Origin: Promethearchaeota archaeon
Lineage (GTDB): Archaea > Asgardarchaeota > Lokiarchaeia > Sigyniarchaeales > SOKP01
Direction of reading: 5' to 3'
Assembly (NCBI GenBank): GCA_030599585.1
Contig: JAUVNS010000005.1
Location: forward strand, 128,001-192,000
DNA: 64,000 nucleotides
The notes under the pieces are model-generated. The model saw only the letters and a list, made by a program, of their open reading frames with translations, was not told the DNA's origin and ran no database searches. A program made the translations under genes and the position numbers. This document shows positions 38,804-48,510 of the stretch, in pieces. How positions within the stretch are numbered: position 1 is the first letter of the stretch; every line of letters starts with the position of its first letter.

Positions 38804-39097
38804 TTATAATTTTACGGAAGATATAAATCCATATAATATTGCATCTATGATGTCTTCCTCTTGAATATTTACAGATAACCTCCTATCTGCCACAATAATT
38901 GTCGGTAATGAAGTAATCTTATATTCGTTAGTTAATTGGTAATTTTTTTCTACATCAATTTTTTGTATATACAATTTTTTTCCAAACATCGAAATATTTA
39001 TTCTCTTTAACATCTGCTCAATTGGCAGGCACGGACCACAATGGGAAGATGAAAAAAATAAAATTTTCGGATAACCTTGCTGAAACTTTTCTAACAT
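38804..39097 (-). CDS. thioredoxin-fold protein
   Basis: CGPC active site, KIDVE, SLPT cis-Pro; GGTGA SD before ATG. Confidence 0.9.
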   Translation of the reverse strand: MLEKFQQGYPKILFFSSSHCGPCLPIEQMLKRINISMFGKKLYIQKIDVEKNYQLTNEYKITSLPTIIVADRRLSVNIQEEDIIDAILYGFISSVKL

Positions 39098-39137
39098 ACA
39101 TCACCCTATATGTGCCGGCAAAACCTTTTTTTTTCAT

Positions 39138-39686
39138 TCATTGATCCTTATATTTTTCATAAAGGTCTTTAATTATTGCTTGGAACGATTTATACACGCC
39201 ATTTCCTGTCTTTGCGCTTGTTTTGTAGTATCCAAGAAAATCTCTTTTATCAACAATCTCTTCTACTCTACTCTCATCTAGTTCCTCGTCATTAACTAAA
39301 TCCATTTTATTTCCAAATAACACGATTGGAATATTTCCACAGTATTTCTTAATATCCTCATGCCATTCTGAAATGTGCTTAAAACTATTATCAATTTCGT
39401 TTGGAGCAAGAGAAAAAACTATAATTGCGGCTTTACTACCCTTGTAAAAAGTAGGTCTCATAAATGAGAACTCTTTTTGTCCTGCTATATCCCAGAAGAA
39501 GAGTTTTACAGCGCTGTTTTCTATTTTCTCGTCATATTTAGAGAACTGTGCTCCTAAAGTCTTGATGTATTCTTTCTTAAAACTCCCTTTAGTATATTTT
39601 TTTATTAAGGAGGTCTTCCCTACTCCCCCATCTCCAATAACTGTTATCTTGAAAACGAAATCCTTCCTCTCGTCACTTTCACTCAT
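39138..39686 (-). CDS. Rab-like small GTPase
   Basis: GDGGVGKT, YIKTLG, WDIAGQK, NKMD, TSAK. Confidence 0.95.
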   Translation of the reverse strand: MSESDERKDFVFKITVIGDGGVGKTSLIKKYTKGSFKKEYIKTLGAQFSKYDEKIENSAVKLFFWDIAGQKEFSFMRPTFYKGSKAAIIVFSLAPNEIDNSFKHISEWHEDIKKYCGNIPIVLFGNKMDLVNDEELDESRVEEIVDKRDFLGYYKTSAKTGNGVYKSFQAIIKDLYEKYKDQ

Positions 39687-39847
39687 AAAATCACATTATA
39701 GTTTTAACTTGAATGTCTTTGTAATTTCTTTTACTTCTATAGAATATAAATTATAAATAGTACTTTTTATTTATATTGCTTTTTATTATTAAATGGATTC
39801 TTATAAATTCTCCAGATTTTTAAAATATCAAAGGTGATAAATTACTT

Positions 39848-40324
39848 ATGGAACTTTTAGAAATAATCAAAGACATTATTACTGAATTTACAACTAGAAA
39901 AATTACCTTAGCCATTGCAGAATCTTGTACAGGAGGCTATATTTCAAATATGCTTACCAATATTTCTGGCGCCTCTAAAGTTTTTGAAAGGGGTATAGTT
40001 TGTTATAGCAATGCGTCTAAAGTAGCGCTATTGAATGTTGATCCTGAAAGTATAAATCAGCACGGAGCAGTGTCGGAAACGGTAGCAAAACAATTAGCGA
40101 ATAATATTAGAGTCCTCTCCAATGTTGACATAGGGATAGGGATTACTGGCATCGCAGGACCTACTGGTGGTACGACTGAGAAACCAGTAGGATTAGTATA
40201 TATTGGTTTTTCAACTATCGATGAAACTTTCGTGGGGAAACATCATTTTAACGTAGATAGGATTACTTTTAAGACTAAAATATTGGAAAAAATCCTTTTA
40301 CTATTACAGAATTACATAAAATAA
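39848..40324 (+). CDS. pncC: CinA C-terminal domain / nicotinamide-nucleotide amidohydrolase (PncC)
   Basis: AESCTGG, YSN.SK, GAVS, ITGIAGPTGG..EKPVGLV. Confidence 0.9.
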   Translation: MELLEIIKDIITEFTTRKITLAIAESCTGGYISNMLTNISGASKVFERGIVCYSNASKVALLNVDPESINQHGAVSETVAKQLANNIRVLSNVDIGIGITGIAGPTGGTTEKPVGLVYIGFSTIDETFVGKHHFNVDRITFKTKILEKILLLLQNYIK

Positions 40325-40462
40325 CTCAACAAGACTCATTCTATTTTCTTACTGCAGCGAAGAAGAATAAAAGATTCAACAAAACCTTTTTCTTTAAATA
40401 TCGAAATCCTAAAAATATGGTATCTCATTTCTACTTAGAAATAAAGTGTGAAGGTCCTTTAG

Positions 40463-41701
40463 ATGAATGTTAAAAAGATGTATGGAATTTTTTTCTTAGT
40501 GTATTTCACATTAGGAGTGTTTGAAGCTTATTTTGGTTTGTACATTCCGTTGTTTTATTACGAGATTTTGGCTGTTAATCGAAACGACTTAGCATTTATC
40601 CAATTTTTAGGTTTTTTATCGTTAATAATAACGCCCCTTATTGGTTATATTTTTGATGCTCATATAAAATCTGAACGAAATCATAAAATATTTGTATATC
40701 TTTGCGTTATTTTGCTGTGTTCGTGCTTCTCTATTTTTCTTATTAATAAAAACATACTTTCATTGTATGGAATCTTTTTGGGCGTATATTTTCTTGCCAG
40801 GATGTTTATTCGTACAATTATGAGTAAGATTTTCCTCACACTTAGCGTGGAATCGCCAAAAATTAAACATCATATGATATTAATCGTAAACGGAGCAAGA
40901 GGTGTTAGTTTTCTTTTAGTGTCTTTGTTTTTCGATTTTATTATTAAAAATATCTACTCTTTACCGCAATGGGAAATATTCTTCATGGTCGGATGGATGT
41001 TGACGTTACCATTACTCTCTATAATTCTGTTTTTGAGAAATAACACCATATTCAGCGATCAAAGTTCAAAAAATAATAAGAAAGATATTGAAAGCAAAAA
41101 TATAAAAAAATTGAGCCAGAAAAGTGTTCTCTGGTTTATTATTTTCTTGTATATTGCGTTCTTTTTAGCGTCTTCAGATTTGATATTTTTATCGTTAGTT
41201 AGTTCGTGGGTTTTAACGAAATATAATGAGTTTTCGCTAAGAATTTTCTTTTCCTTATATTATGTGATATCGATATTTGCACTCCTTGGATATTATATTG
41301 CTTCAAAAATCGCCAAAAGGATGAGTAATATTGTTCTTCTCTTTATTTTTTGTTGCTTCTATTTATTATTCCTTGTTCTTTTACCGTTCTCAAATTTTCC
41401 AACATTTTTAGTGCTTCAATGTGGTCTCACATTTGCCGGTTACATCGCGAATTATATGTATATAAGTATTGTACAAACTATTTCAGTAAAGACGCGATAC
41501 AAAACTTTTGTGTATCAGCTATTATTAACATGCCAATCAATCGCAAATATTGTGTTTGCTCCTATAGGAACATCGTTATCAGTTTTTATCAGCGTGGAAA
41601 TGTTGATTTTTATTTCTTCAATCTTTTTTGCCTTTTCTTGCGGAATTCAGTTAATTCTCGTATTAGTAAATAAAATCAAACAAATAAAAGAATTTGATTA
41701 A
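40463..41701 (+). CDS. MFS-type transporter
   Basis: ~12 hydrophobic segments in two halves, P.IG.I.D motif A-like loop. Confidence 0.75.
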   Translation: MNVKKMYGIFFLVYFTLGVFEAYFGLYIPLFYYEILAVNRNDLAFIQFLGFLSLIITPLIGYIFDAHIKSERNHKIFVYLCVILLCSCFSIFLINKNILSLYGIFLGVYFLARMFIRTIMSKIFLTLSVESPKIKHHMILIVNGARGVSFLLVSLFFDFIIKNIYSLPQWEIFFMVGWMLTLPLLSIILFLRNNTIFSDQSSKNNKKDIESKNIKKLSQKSVLWFIIFLYIAFFLASSDLIFLSLVSSWVLTKYNEFSLRIFFSLYYVISIFALLGYYIASKIAKRMSNIVLLFIFCCFYLLFLVLLPFSNFPTFLVLQCGLTFAGYIANYMYISIVQTISVKTRYKTFVYQLLLTCQSIANIVFAPIGTSLSVFISVEMLIFISSIFFAFSCGIQLILVLVNKIKQIKEFD

Positions 41702-41723
41702 TAGTTCTTTCCTATATTGATTA

Positions 41724-42905
41724 TTAAACTAATTTGCCATTTTCCATTATTTGTTTTTTTGTTCCATCTTTGTATTCAACGGTAATGTTAGCCTGTGGAG
41801 CAGTAACAAAATCCCAATGCAGTTGAGAAACTGATGTGCCTCCCATCATTTTATTTGAACCAAACGCTAAATGTACGCTTCCATTAATCTTCTCATCTGT
41901 TAGAATATAACCAATTGCTTTTGTAATTTCTGGGTTACATCCAATCCCTAGCTCTGCTACATTATAAGTTCTTAACTCTGGTAGGTTCTTCTCCCGGTCA
42001 ATTTTTTCGCTATCTTTAAAGGTATTAATTAAAGCACTTTGATTCTCTTCAGATGAGACTTCATCGATTAACAACTGTCCCTCCTTAAATCTTAAATGAG
42101 TGTTTTTAATGATCTTATTAGTCATCCTGTCTCTAGTGAGGGGACAAAAAAGAGTGCCTTCGCCAATTTTCTCGTGGGGGGGAAAAAATACTTCTCCTGC
42201 AGGTAAATTTCCCCCTAGTAATCCTAACGCAATTTGATCATCGGAAAGCAAACCGTTATCTAAAATCATGGGGCGATCTTGAATTGTTACCGTAAAATCC
42301 GTCCCAAGATCATCTGAAACATAAACTCTTTTTGCATTTTCAAAGAATTTTCCCAAGTTTTTTGTAATTTCGTCCATTTTGTTTTGAGGGACGCTCATTC
42401 CACCCACTATGAATTTTTCTAATAAATCATATTCAATATTATAATAGTTTGCAGCTTTCCTTGAGGGCCATCCTGCATAGCACCACTTTTTCCCTGGAGC
42501 GTATTCTGCCTTACCTCCATACAATATATCCTTTATTGGTGCGTTAAATTTGATTTTTGCTTTGAGTTTTTCTCTAGGTGCGTTTCCTAAAATACCAGGA
42601 TCTTCATAGGGCTCAATTACAATGTACGCGTCGATATTCTCGATTAATTTTAAATAATGAAGTGGCGTGATCTCTAAAATTTCACTACTAATGCTTGTAT
42701 CTTGGTATATCGTATTTGTATAATTATCGCTGCTTGATATAATAACGGGAATTCCATTGTTTCTGTAGATGTTCAGGGCAATTTCTTCCAGTAAATCTTG
42801 AGAATAAGTACCACCCTTTACTAGAATGTTTTCCCCTTTTCTTTGAATATTAATCGCATTAACAATATTTTTAGCACATAACTTAATTTTTTCTAATTCT
42901 ACCAT
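41724..42905 (-). CDS. M29 family aminopeptidase
   Basis: NLPAGEVF, AELGIG.N, DEKI.GSVHLAFG, HWD. Confidence 0.92.
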   Translation of the reverse strand: MVELEKIKLCAKNIVNAINIQRKGENILVKGGTYSQDLLEEIALNIYRNNGIPVIISSSDNYTNTIYQDTSISSEILEITPLHYLKLIENIDAYIVIEPYEDPGILGNAPREKLKAKIKFNAPIKDILYGGKAEYAPGKKWCYAGWPSRKAANYYNIEYDLLEKFIVGGMSVPQNKMDEITKNLGKFFENAKRVYVSDDLGTDFTVTIQDRPMILDNGLLSDDQIALGLLGGNLPAGEVFFPPHEKIGEGTLFCPLTRDRMTNKIIKNTHLRFKEGQLLIDEVSSEENQSALINTFKDSEKIDREKNLPELRTYNVAELGIGCNPEITKAIGYILTDEKINGSVHLAFGSNKMMGGTSVSQLHWDFVTAPQANITVEYKDGTKKQIMENGKLV

Positions 42906-43057
42906 AATTCAATATATTTTTTTTTAAATATTAATCTTAAACATCTTTGGCAGCATTAGATTTATTACAAAGAATTGTTTTAACTAAAATATCGATAGGA
43001 TGAATTCTTAATAAGACCAAAGTATATTATAACTTAAACAAAAAATAACTTAGAATT

Positions 43058-43522
43058 ATGGTAATTCGAGAAGTAGGTTTGTTATTTAGGGGATTTACTT
43101 TAGTAAAGAAGAGTTACCACAAAACTACCTTAGGAAAAATAGATTCTGATTTAAGAAGCGGTTTGCTCACCGCACTTTTAAATTTTGCTGAAACTGCATT
43201 TTCTACGGGGTCTGTAGAGTACTTTCAAGGTAATAGATTAACGATCGCTTTCATAAACGCAAACATCTTAGCAGATGACAGCGTAGAACCTGAATTATTA
43301 ATCTCTTATGCTATTATAGATAAACATAAAAGGATTGATAAATACGTGAAGAAATTAGTCAACCCCCTATTAATTAAGGTTGCGGAGAATTTTAAAGCAC
43401 AGTACGAAGGTAAAAATTTATCTGAAGTATCTCAGTTCAAAATCTATAAAAAAACCCTAGACATTATTTTCGGATCTAATACAAAAAAAGTTGATCAAAA
43501 GCTAGCCGGCTTGTTTTATTAG
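43058..43522 (+). CDS. longin-like domain protein
   Basis: IREVGLLFRG..LV...Y...DSDLRSGLLTAL..FAE..F pattern, like 19899..20402. Confidence 0.6.
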   Translation: MVIREVGLLFRGFTLVKKSYHKTTLGKIDSDLRSGLLTALLNFAETAFSTGSVEYFQGNRLTIAFINANILADDSVEPELLISYAIIDKHKRIDKYVKKLVNPLLIKVAENFKAQYEGKNLSEVSQFKIYKKTLDIIFGSNTKKVDQKLAGLFY

Positions 43523-43557
43523 ATGTAATCCGATTTATTTGAAATAAAGAATGAATT

Positions 43558-44511
43558 TTACAACAAACTTTTCTTTAAAAACCATAACATTATAGGTAGA
43601 GCGATAGTCGCGTCTGAAATAACTGTGGAGAATTTAGCGTTTTGATGTACTTTTCCCCAAGAAATTGCTTCGTGTAAAGTCGCTCCACTAAGACCACCCT
43701 GTTCTGGACGGTCCATCGTTATCTGAATCGCGTATTGCGCAGAGTTTGGGCAGAATTGAAGCGATTGCAGAATAAAATTTTTAGGTACGCCTCCACCAAC
43801 AATGCATACGCCGGCTTGTTTAGCATCCCAAGCCAAATTGACCATATTAAGCATGTCTTTAAAGTGATTAAGGTTTAATTTTTGATGGTGGAAACCTAAT
43901 TGAAGTGCTAAACCGGAGTCAGTAAATGCAGGACAAAAAATTGGAACATTTTTTTCTGCACAAATCTTCAATATAGAGTTATCATCTGGCGGTAAATTAT
44001 CGCCAAGATACTTTAGAAAAGAACTAACAGACATATCATTATTAGGAATTTTTAGCTGGGATACAAAATCTTCGATACCCTCGTACACTTTATTTGGTAA
44101 ATATACGTCGTAAATTCTATTAAGGGCTTGGTCGTGCAACTCCGAATCATTAACATCTTTAATGTTTATTTCTCCTTGTAAATGGTGAAAACCAAGAGTT
44201 TCGGCTATATCATGAGTCAAAGAAGCACCAGTAGTAACAAGAATATCAATAAATCCTTCTTCTATAAAATCGTGAATAACTTTCTGCATCCCTGCTGGTA
44301 CAAGCGCTCCGGCAAGACCAAAAAATTTAACACAATTTTCATTTTTAATCATTTCCTTATAAATTTCACACGCAACAGCTAATCTTTTTGCGTTAAACCC
44401 TGTATTTCCTAAAGATTGAATAAAAGTAGTGATATCTTCATTTTTTTCTACTTTAATTTGCTCTACCTCTTTTAATTTCTTTTTCAATTCGTCATCTGGC
44501 ATTTTTTTCAA
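43558..44511 (-). CDS. dhs: deoxyhypusine synthase
   Basis: GFNA..L, VTTGA..HD, RIYDV, PAFTDS, GGGVPK, GGLSGAT..EAISWGK catalytic Lys. Confidence 0.95.
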   Translation of the reverse strand: MKKMPDDELKKKLKEVEQIKVEKNEDITTFIQSLGNTGFNAKRLAVACEIYKEMIKNENCVKFFGLAGALVPAGMQKVIHDFIEEGFIDILVTTGASLTHDIAETLGFHHLQGEINIKDVNDSELHDQALNRIYDVYLPNKVYEGIEDFVSQLKIPNNDMSVSSFLKYLGDNLPPDDNSILKICAEKNVPIFCPAFTDSGLALQLGFHHQKLNLNHFKDMLNMVNLAWDAKQAGVCIVGGGVPKNFILQSLQFCPNSAQYAIQITMDRPEQGGLSGATLHEAISWGKVHQNAKFSTVISDATIALPIMLWFLKKSLL

Positions 44512-44512
44512 C

Positions 44513-45415
44513 TCATTTGTTGCTTATAATAAAATACATTAATTCTATTATTATTTTTGCCACCACATTTAATGTTATATTGTTGTGTAAATCTAAGGAA
44601 GGTGAAACTTCAACAACATCAAAACCAATTATATTAACTTTTTTAGTGACTTCTCTGAAGATTTTCCATACTTCACGATAAGTAAAACCTCCGGGAATAG
44701 CATAACCTGTTCCCGGTGCTATAGATGGATCTAGAGCATCTATATCAATAGAAATGTATATGTCAGTTATATCAGATTTTTCAAAAAATTCAATAATTTT
44801 TTCTGTGAATAAATTAACTCCAATATCGTGAAGCATATAAGAGTTGAAATAAGTAATGTCATTAGTTTTTGCGATTTTTAACTCAGGAATATCAATATCC
44901 CTTGTCCCAATAATTAATAAGTTTTTACTTGAAATAAATTCCAAACTATGGATGAGATGGGAAACAGTTGCATGAGAATAGACGCTCTCTTGATATTTTT
45001 CGTACAAATCGAGATGAGCATCTAAGATTAGAACGCCAAACTTCTTTGGTTTTCTAATAGAGTCTCCTATTGCCTTTATAACGGGATAAGTGCAAAAGTG
45101 GTCGCCTCCAACCATTACTGGAATTATATCCTTTTTTTGGTTAAAAAACGATTTTACAAAATCACCAATTTCTAGGATGTTCTTTTCGGTGTTATTGGGA
45201 TCAATCATAACATTTCCAGCGTCTACAAACTTTAATTTTGGTATTTCAAATCCCATTTCTGTTGTTAAAGCTAAGTTTTCTGTAATTTTTCGTATTTTCT
45301 GAGGTGATTTGGAAGAATTTATTCTTTCAATTGACGTTAACTCGTCCCAAGGAATTCCAAAAAATACAAAGTTCGTATCATTTTCAATTATCTCCCCAGA
45401 ATCAAAAAAATTCAC
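44513..45415 (-). CDS. speB: agmatinase (ureohydrolase family)
   Basis: GIPWD, GGDH, DAHLD, SIDIDALDP.IAPGTG...PGG, DVVEV.P. Confidence 0.9.
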   Translation of the reverse strand: MNFFDSGEIIENDTNFVFFGIPWDELTSIERINSSKSPQKIRKITENLALTTEMGFEIPKLKFVDAGNVMIDPNNTEKNILEIGDFVKSFFNQKKDIIPVMVGGDHFCTYPVIKAIGDSIRKPKKFGVLILDAHLDLYEKYQESVYSHATVSHLIHSLEFISSKNLLIIGTRDIDIPELKIAKTNDITYFNSYMLHDIGVNLFTEKIIEFFEKSDITDIYISIDIDALDPSIAPGTGYAIPGGFTYREVWKIFREVTKKVNIIGFDVVEVSPSLDLHNNITLNVVAKIIIELMYFIISNK

Positions 45416-45439
45416 TGCTCATACCTCTTTATTAGTAAA

Positions 45440-47155
45440 TTACATTTGTTCTAAAACATCTATACCCAAGATTTGTAAACCTATCTTAATTACGATTTGA
45501 ACACATTTAATTAACAATAATCTCGCTTTTTCTAATTCATTATCACTGGATAATACCTGACAAGAAGTATAAAACGAATTGAACGCTTGGCATAAAGTTA
45601 AAAGATACTGAGGGATTTGGTGAATAGTATAATTTTTTCTTACTGAAATCAAAATTTCGGGGAAGTAGTTTAGTTGCTTAACCAAAGTTAGCTCCTTTTC
45701 GTGGTTAATTAAATCCCAATTTACATTTAAATTGACGGTATTCTTCGATTTAATAATTATTGATTCAATTCTCGCATAGCAATATTGAATGTAAGGACCA
45801 GTCTCGCCTTCAAAAGATATGCTTTCTTTAGGGTTAAAAACAAATTCAGATTTAGGATTAAATTTAAGTATAAAAAAAGCTAATGCCGCTGATCCTATTG
45901 CGGCAGCTCTTTCCTTTTTCAACTTTTCTGTAAGATTAGGATATCTTTTATTTACTTCTTTATAAGCTAATGTTTGCATTTTTTCTATAATATTGTCAGC
46001 ATCAACTATAATCCCTTCCCTACTTTTCATTTTGCCTTCGGGTAAATTAACCATACCATATGATAGATGAAATTTATCTTCTTTAAAACCTATCATGTCT
46101 AAAACAGCAAATAACTGCTTGAAGTAGAGGTCCTGTTCGTTAGCAACTACATATATTGATTTGTCATAATCAAAGTCTTCCTTTTTTTGATAAGCTAAGA
46201 AGATATCCTGGGTTACATATAGAGAAGTTCCGTCTTTTCTCATAAGAATCTTATCTGGTAAATTAAATTTTTCTTTTAGATGAGCAATAATCGCTCCGTC
46301 ATCAGTCTTATTAAAAACACCTTGCTTTAAGCCATCCAAAACCTTTTCCTTACCCTTCCAATATATATCCGACTCAAAATATTCTTTATCGAACGATATT
46401 TTTAGTAATTTGTAAGTTTCTTTAAATCCGTCGAATGCCCATAAATTCATTTTCTTCCAAAGATCTCTCGTTTCAGGATCGTTTTCTTCCCATAATCTTA
46501 AAAGATCGTATACTTCTTCTATTATTTTACTATTTTTCTTTTCCATTTCATTGTATTTAACATAGAACTCCCCAACGAAGTGATCGGATTTGATATCCGG
46601 CTCCTTGTTATTGCCCCAGTTTTTGTAAGCATACATAGATTTACATATGTGAATGCCTCTATCGTTGTTTAAATTGACATCGAAAACAATGTCGCCTTTA
46701 TATTTTAAACACTTCGAAAGGGTGCGACCTAACAACATATTTCGAATGTGTCCTAAATGGAGTGGCTTATTTGTATTTGGTGCGGGGTATTCTATCACTA
46801 TTTTTGAAGATTTTATCTGATTTATTCCAATCTCTTCATAAATTCTCCCATATTTCTCTTTCAGTGTGAAAATCTGCTCAAGAAGTGGTTGTGGTTTTAT
46901 TTTAAAATTGAGGTAAGGACCATTTGCCTCTATAACTTCTAAGTATCCTGGTAAATCTAACTGCTCTTCTAATTCTTTGGCTATCACGTGTGGTGATTTT
47001 TTTTTAACTTTAGCAAGTTGAAAACATGGAAATGCATAACTGTAATTTAAATCTTGAGGTGGTATTTCAATAAGATTTTTGATCTCCTGCTGCGAAAGAT
47101 TGGGGAGATAAGCACTTAAATATTCGGCAATTGTATTCTTATCGACTATAATCAT
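45440..47155 (-). CDS. argS: arginyl-tRNA synthetase
   Basis: EY.APNTNKPLHLGH.RN, DGTSLY, KMKSREG, FEGETGPYIQY.YAR, C-terminal LEQM. Confidence 0.97.
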   Translation of the reverse strand: MIIVDKNTIAEYLSAYLPNLSQQEIKNLIEIPPQDLNYSYAFPCFQLAKVKKKSPHVIAKELEEQLDLPGYLEVIEANGPYLNFKIKPQPLLEQIFTLKEKYGRIYEEIGINQIKSSKIVIEYPAPNTNKPLHLGHIRNMLLGRTLSKCLKYKGDIVFDVNLNNDRGIHICKSMYAYKNWGNNKEPDIKSDHFVGEFYVKYNEMEKKNSKIIEEVYDLLRLWEENDPETRDLWKKMNLWAFDGFKETYKLLKISFDKEYFESDIYWKGKEKVLDGLKQGVFNKTDDGAIIAHLKEKFNLPDKILMRKDGTSLYVTQDIFLAYQKKEDFDYDKSIYVVANEQDLYFKQLFAVLDMIGFKEDKFHLSYGMVNLPEGKMKSREGIIVDADNIIEKMQTLAYKEVNKRYPNLTEKLKKERAAAIGSAALAFFILKFNPKSEFVFNPKESISFEGETGPYIQYCYARIESIIIKSKNTVNLNVNWDLINHEKELTLVKQLNYFPEILISVRKNYTIHQIPQYLLTLCQAFNSFYTSCQVLSSDNELEKARLLLIKCVQIVIKIGLQILGIDVLEQM

Positions 47156-47283
47156 TTTTTTTAGTTTCCAGTATCACAAAATTCTAATTATTGCTGATTG
47201 CAACTTTTATCTGTTTTGTTAAATATATTTAGTTTAACTCATAAAATTTATGATAGTGAGTTATTAAGACGGTTGATTTATTA

Positions 47284-48510
47284 ATGTCATTCAAACAAGA
47301 AGCTAGAAAATTTTATCCTAAATGGCCTATCTACAATGATAAAGAGATAAACGCATTGACTGAAGTTATAAAATCTGGAGAGTGGTGGTGTGGAGCTCCC
47401 GGCGCTCATCAAGGTAATAATGTTTGGGCTTTTCAAGAAGAATTTGCTCAGCTTCAAGGATCTGAATATTGCGTTGCAGTGTGTAATGGAACGGTTGCAA
47501 TAGAAACCGCTCTTATGGCATTAGATATAGGTTTAGGTGATGAAGTAATTGTTTCTGATTACACTTTTGTAGCGTCAGCATCTGCAGTTATAGCAACAAA
47601 CGCCGTTCCCTTATTTTGTGACATAGATCCCAATACTCTCGTGATGGATGTGAATAAAGTTGAAGAACTTATAACTGAAAAAACTAAAGCAATTATTCCA
47701 GTACATTTAGGGGGTAACCCGGTTAATATGGACCATCTTATGGAGTTGGCATTGAAACACGATTTAAAAGTGGTCGAAGATTGTGCTCATGCTCATGGTT
47801 CAGATTTCAAAGGAAAAAAAGTTGGAAATTGGGGGGATGTTGGTACATTTAGCTTTCAAGCTTCAAAAGTTATAACAAGTGGTGAAGGGGGAGCTATTAT
47901 TTGCAATAATGGTGAACTTGCCGATAACATTTATTCTTACATAGATTGTGGTAGGAAGAAAAACGAGTATTTCTATAAACACTTCTCTTACGGTACTAAT
48001 TATAGGATGACAGAATATCAAGCAGCAATATTAAGAACTCAAATGCAAAAATTTTCAGAGCAGCATAAACTTAGAAATCAGAATGCGGAATATCTTATGA
48101 GCGAACTTAATAAAATAGATGGGATAAAAACTATGGAACCTACATTGGGAACGACAAGCCTTGGTTGGTATGTTTTCCCCATAGTTTTTGATCCTCTGAA
48201 GTTCGGGGGTCTCACTAAATCAAAATTTTATGATAAGTTGAATGATAATGGTATCCCTACTGACGATTGTTATCCTCCATTACATGGCTTAGATTGTTTT
48301 AAATATATTAATTTAAAGAAAGGCATTGATTATTCTAAAGCTAATTGGGGAGGAGAAAAAAGTAATGATGCACATTTCCCAATTGTTTCTGATGTTTATT
48401 CAAGAAGTATAGAATTTCCTCAAGAAATGCTATTAGCTTCTAAGGGAAAACTGGATAATGTAATAGAATTTATAAAATCTTTAAAAAATACTACTCTAAG
48501 TCAAGATTAA
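47284..48510 (+). CDS. DegT/DnrJ-family aminotransferase (RifK-like)
   Basis: P.WP, NGT.A.E.AL, EDCAHAHG, SFQASK..TSGEGG, G.NYRMTE.QAA. Confidence 0.92.
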   Translation: MSFKQEARKFYPKWPIYNDKEINALTEVIKSGEWWCGAPGAHQGNNVWAFQEEFAQLQGSEYCVAVCNGTVAIETALMALDIGLGDEVIVSDYTFVASASAVIATNAVPLFCDIDPNTLVMDVNKVEELITEKTKAIIPVHLGGNPVNMDHLMELALKHDLKVVEDCAHAHGSDFKGKKVGNWGDVGTFSFQASKVITSGEGGAIICNNGELADNIYSYIDCGRKKNEYFYKHFSYGTNYRMTEYQAAILRTQMQKFSEQHKLRNQNAEYLMSELNKIDGIKTMEPTLGTTSLGWYVFPIVFDPLKFGGLTKSKFYDKLNDNGIPTDDCYPPLHGLDCFKYINLKKGIDYSKANWGGEKSNDAHFPIVSDVYSRSIEFPQEMLLASKGKLDNVIEFIKSLKNTTLSQD

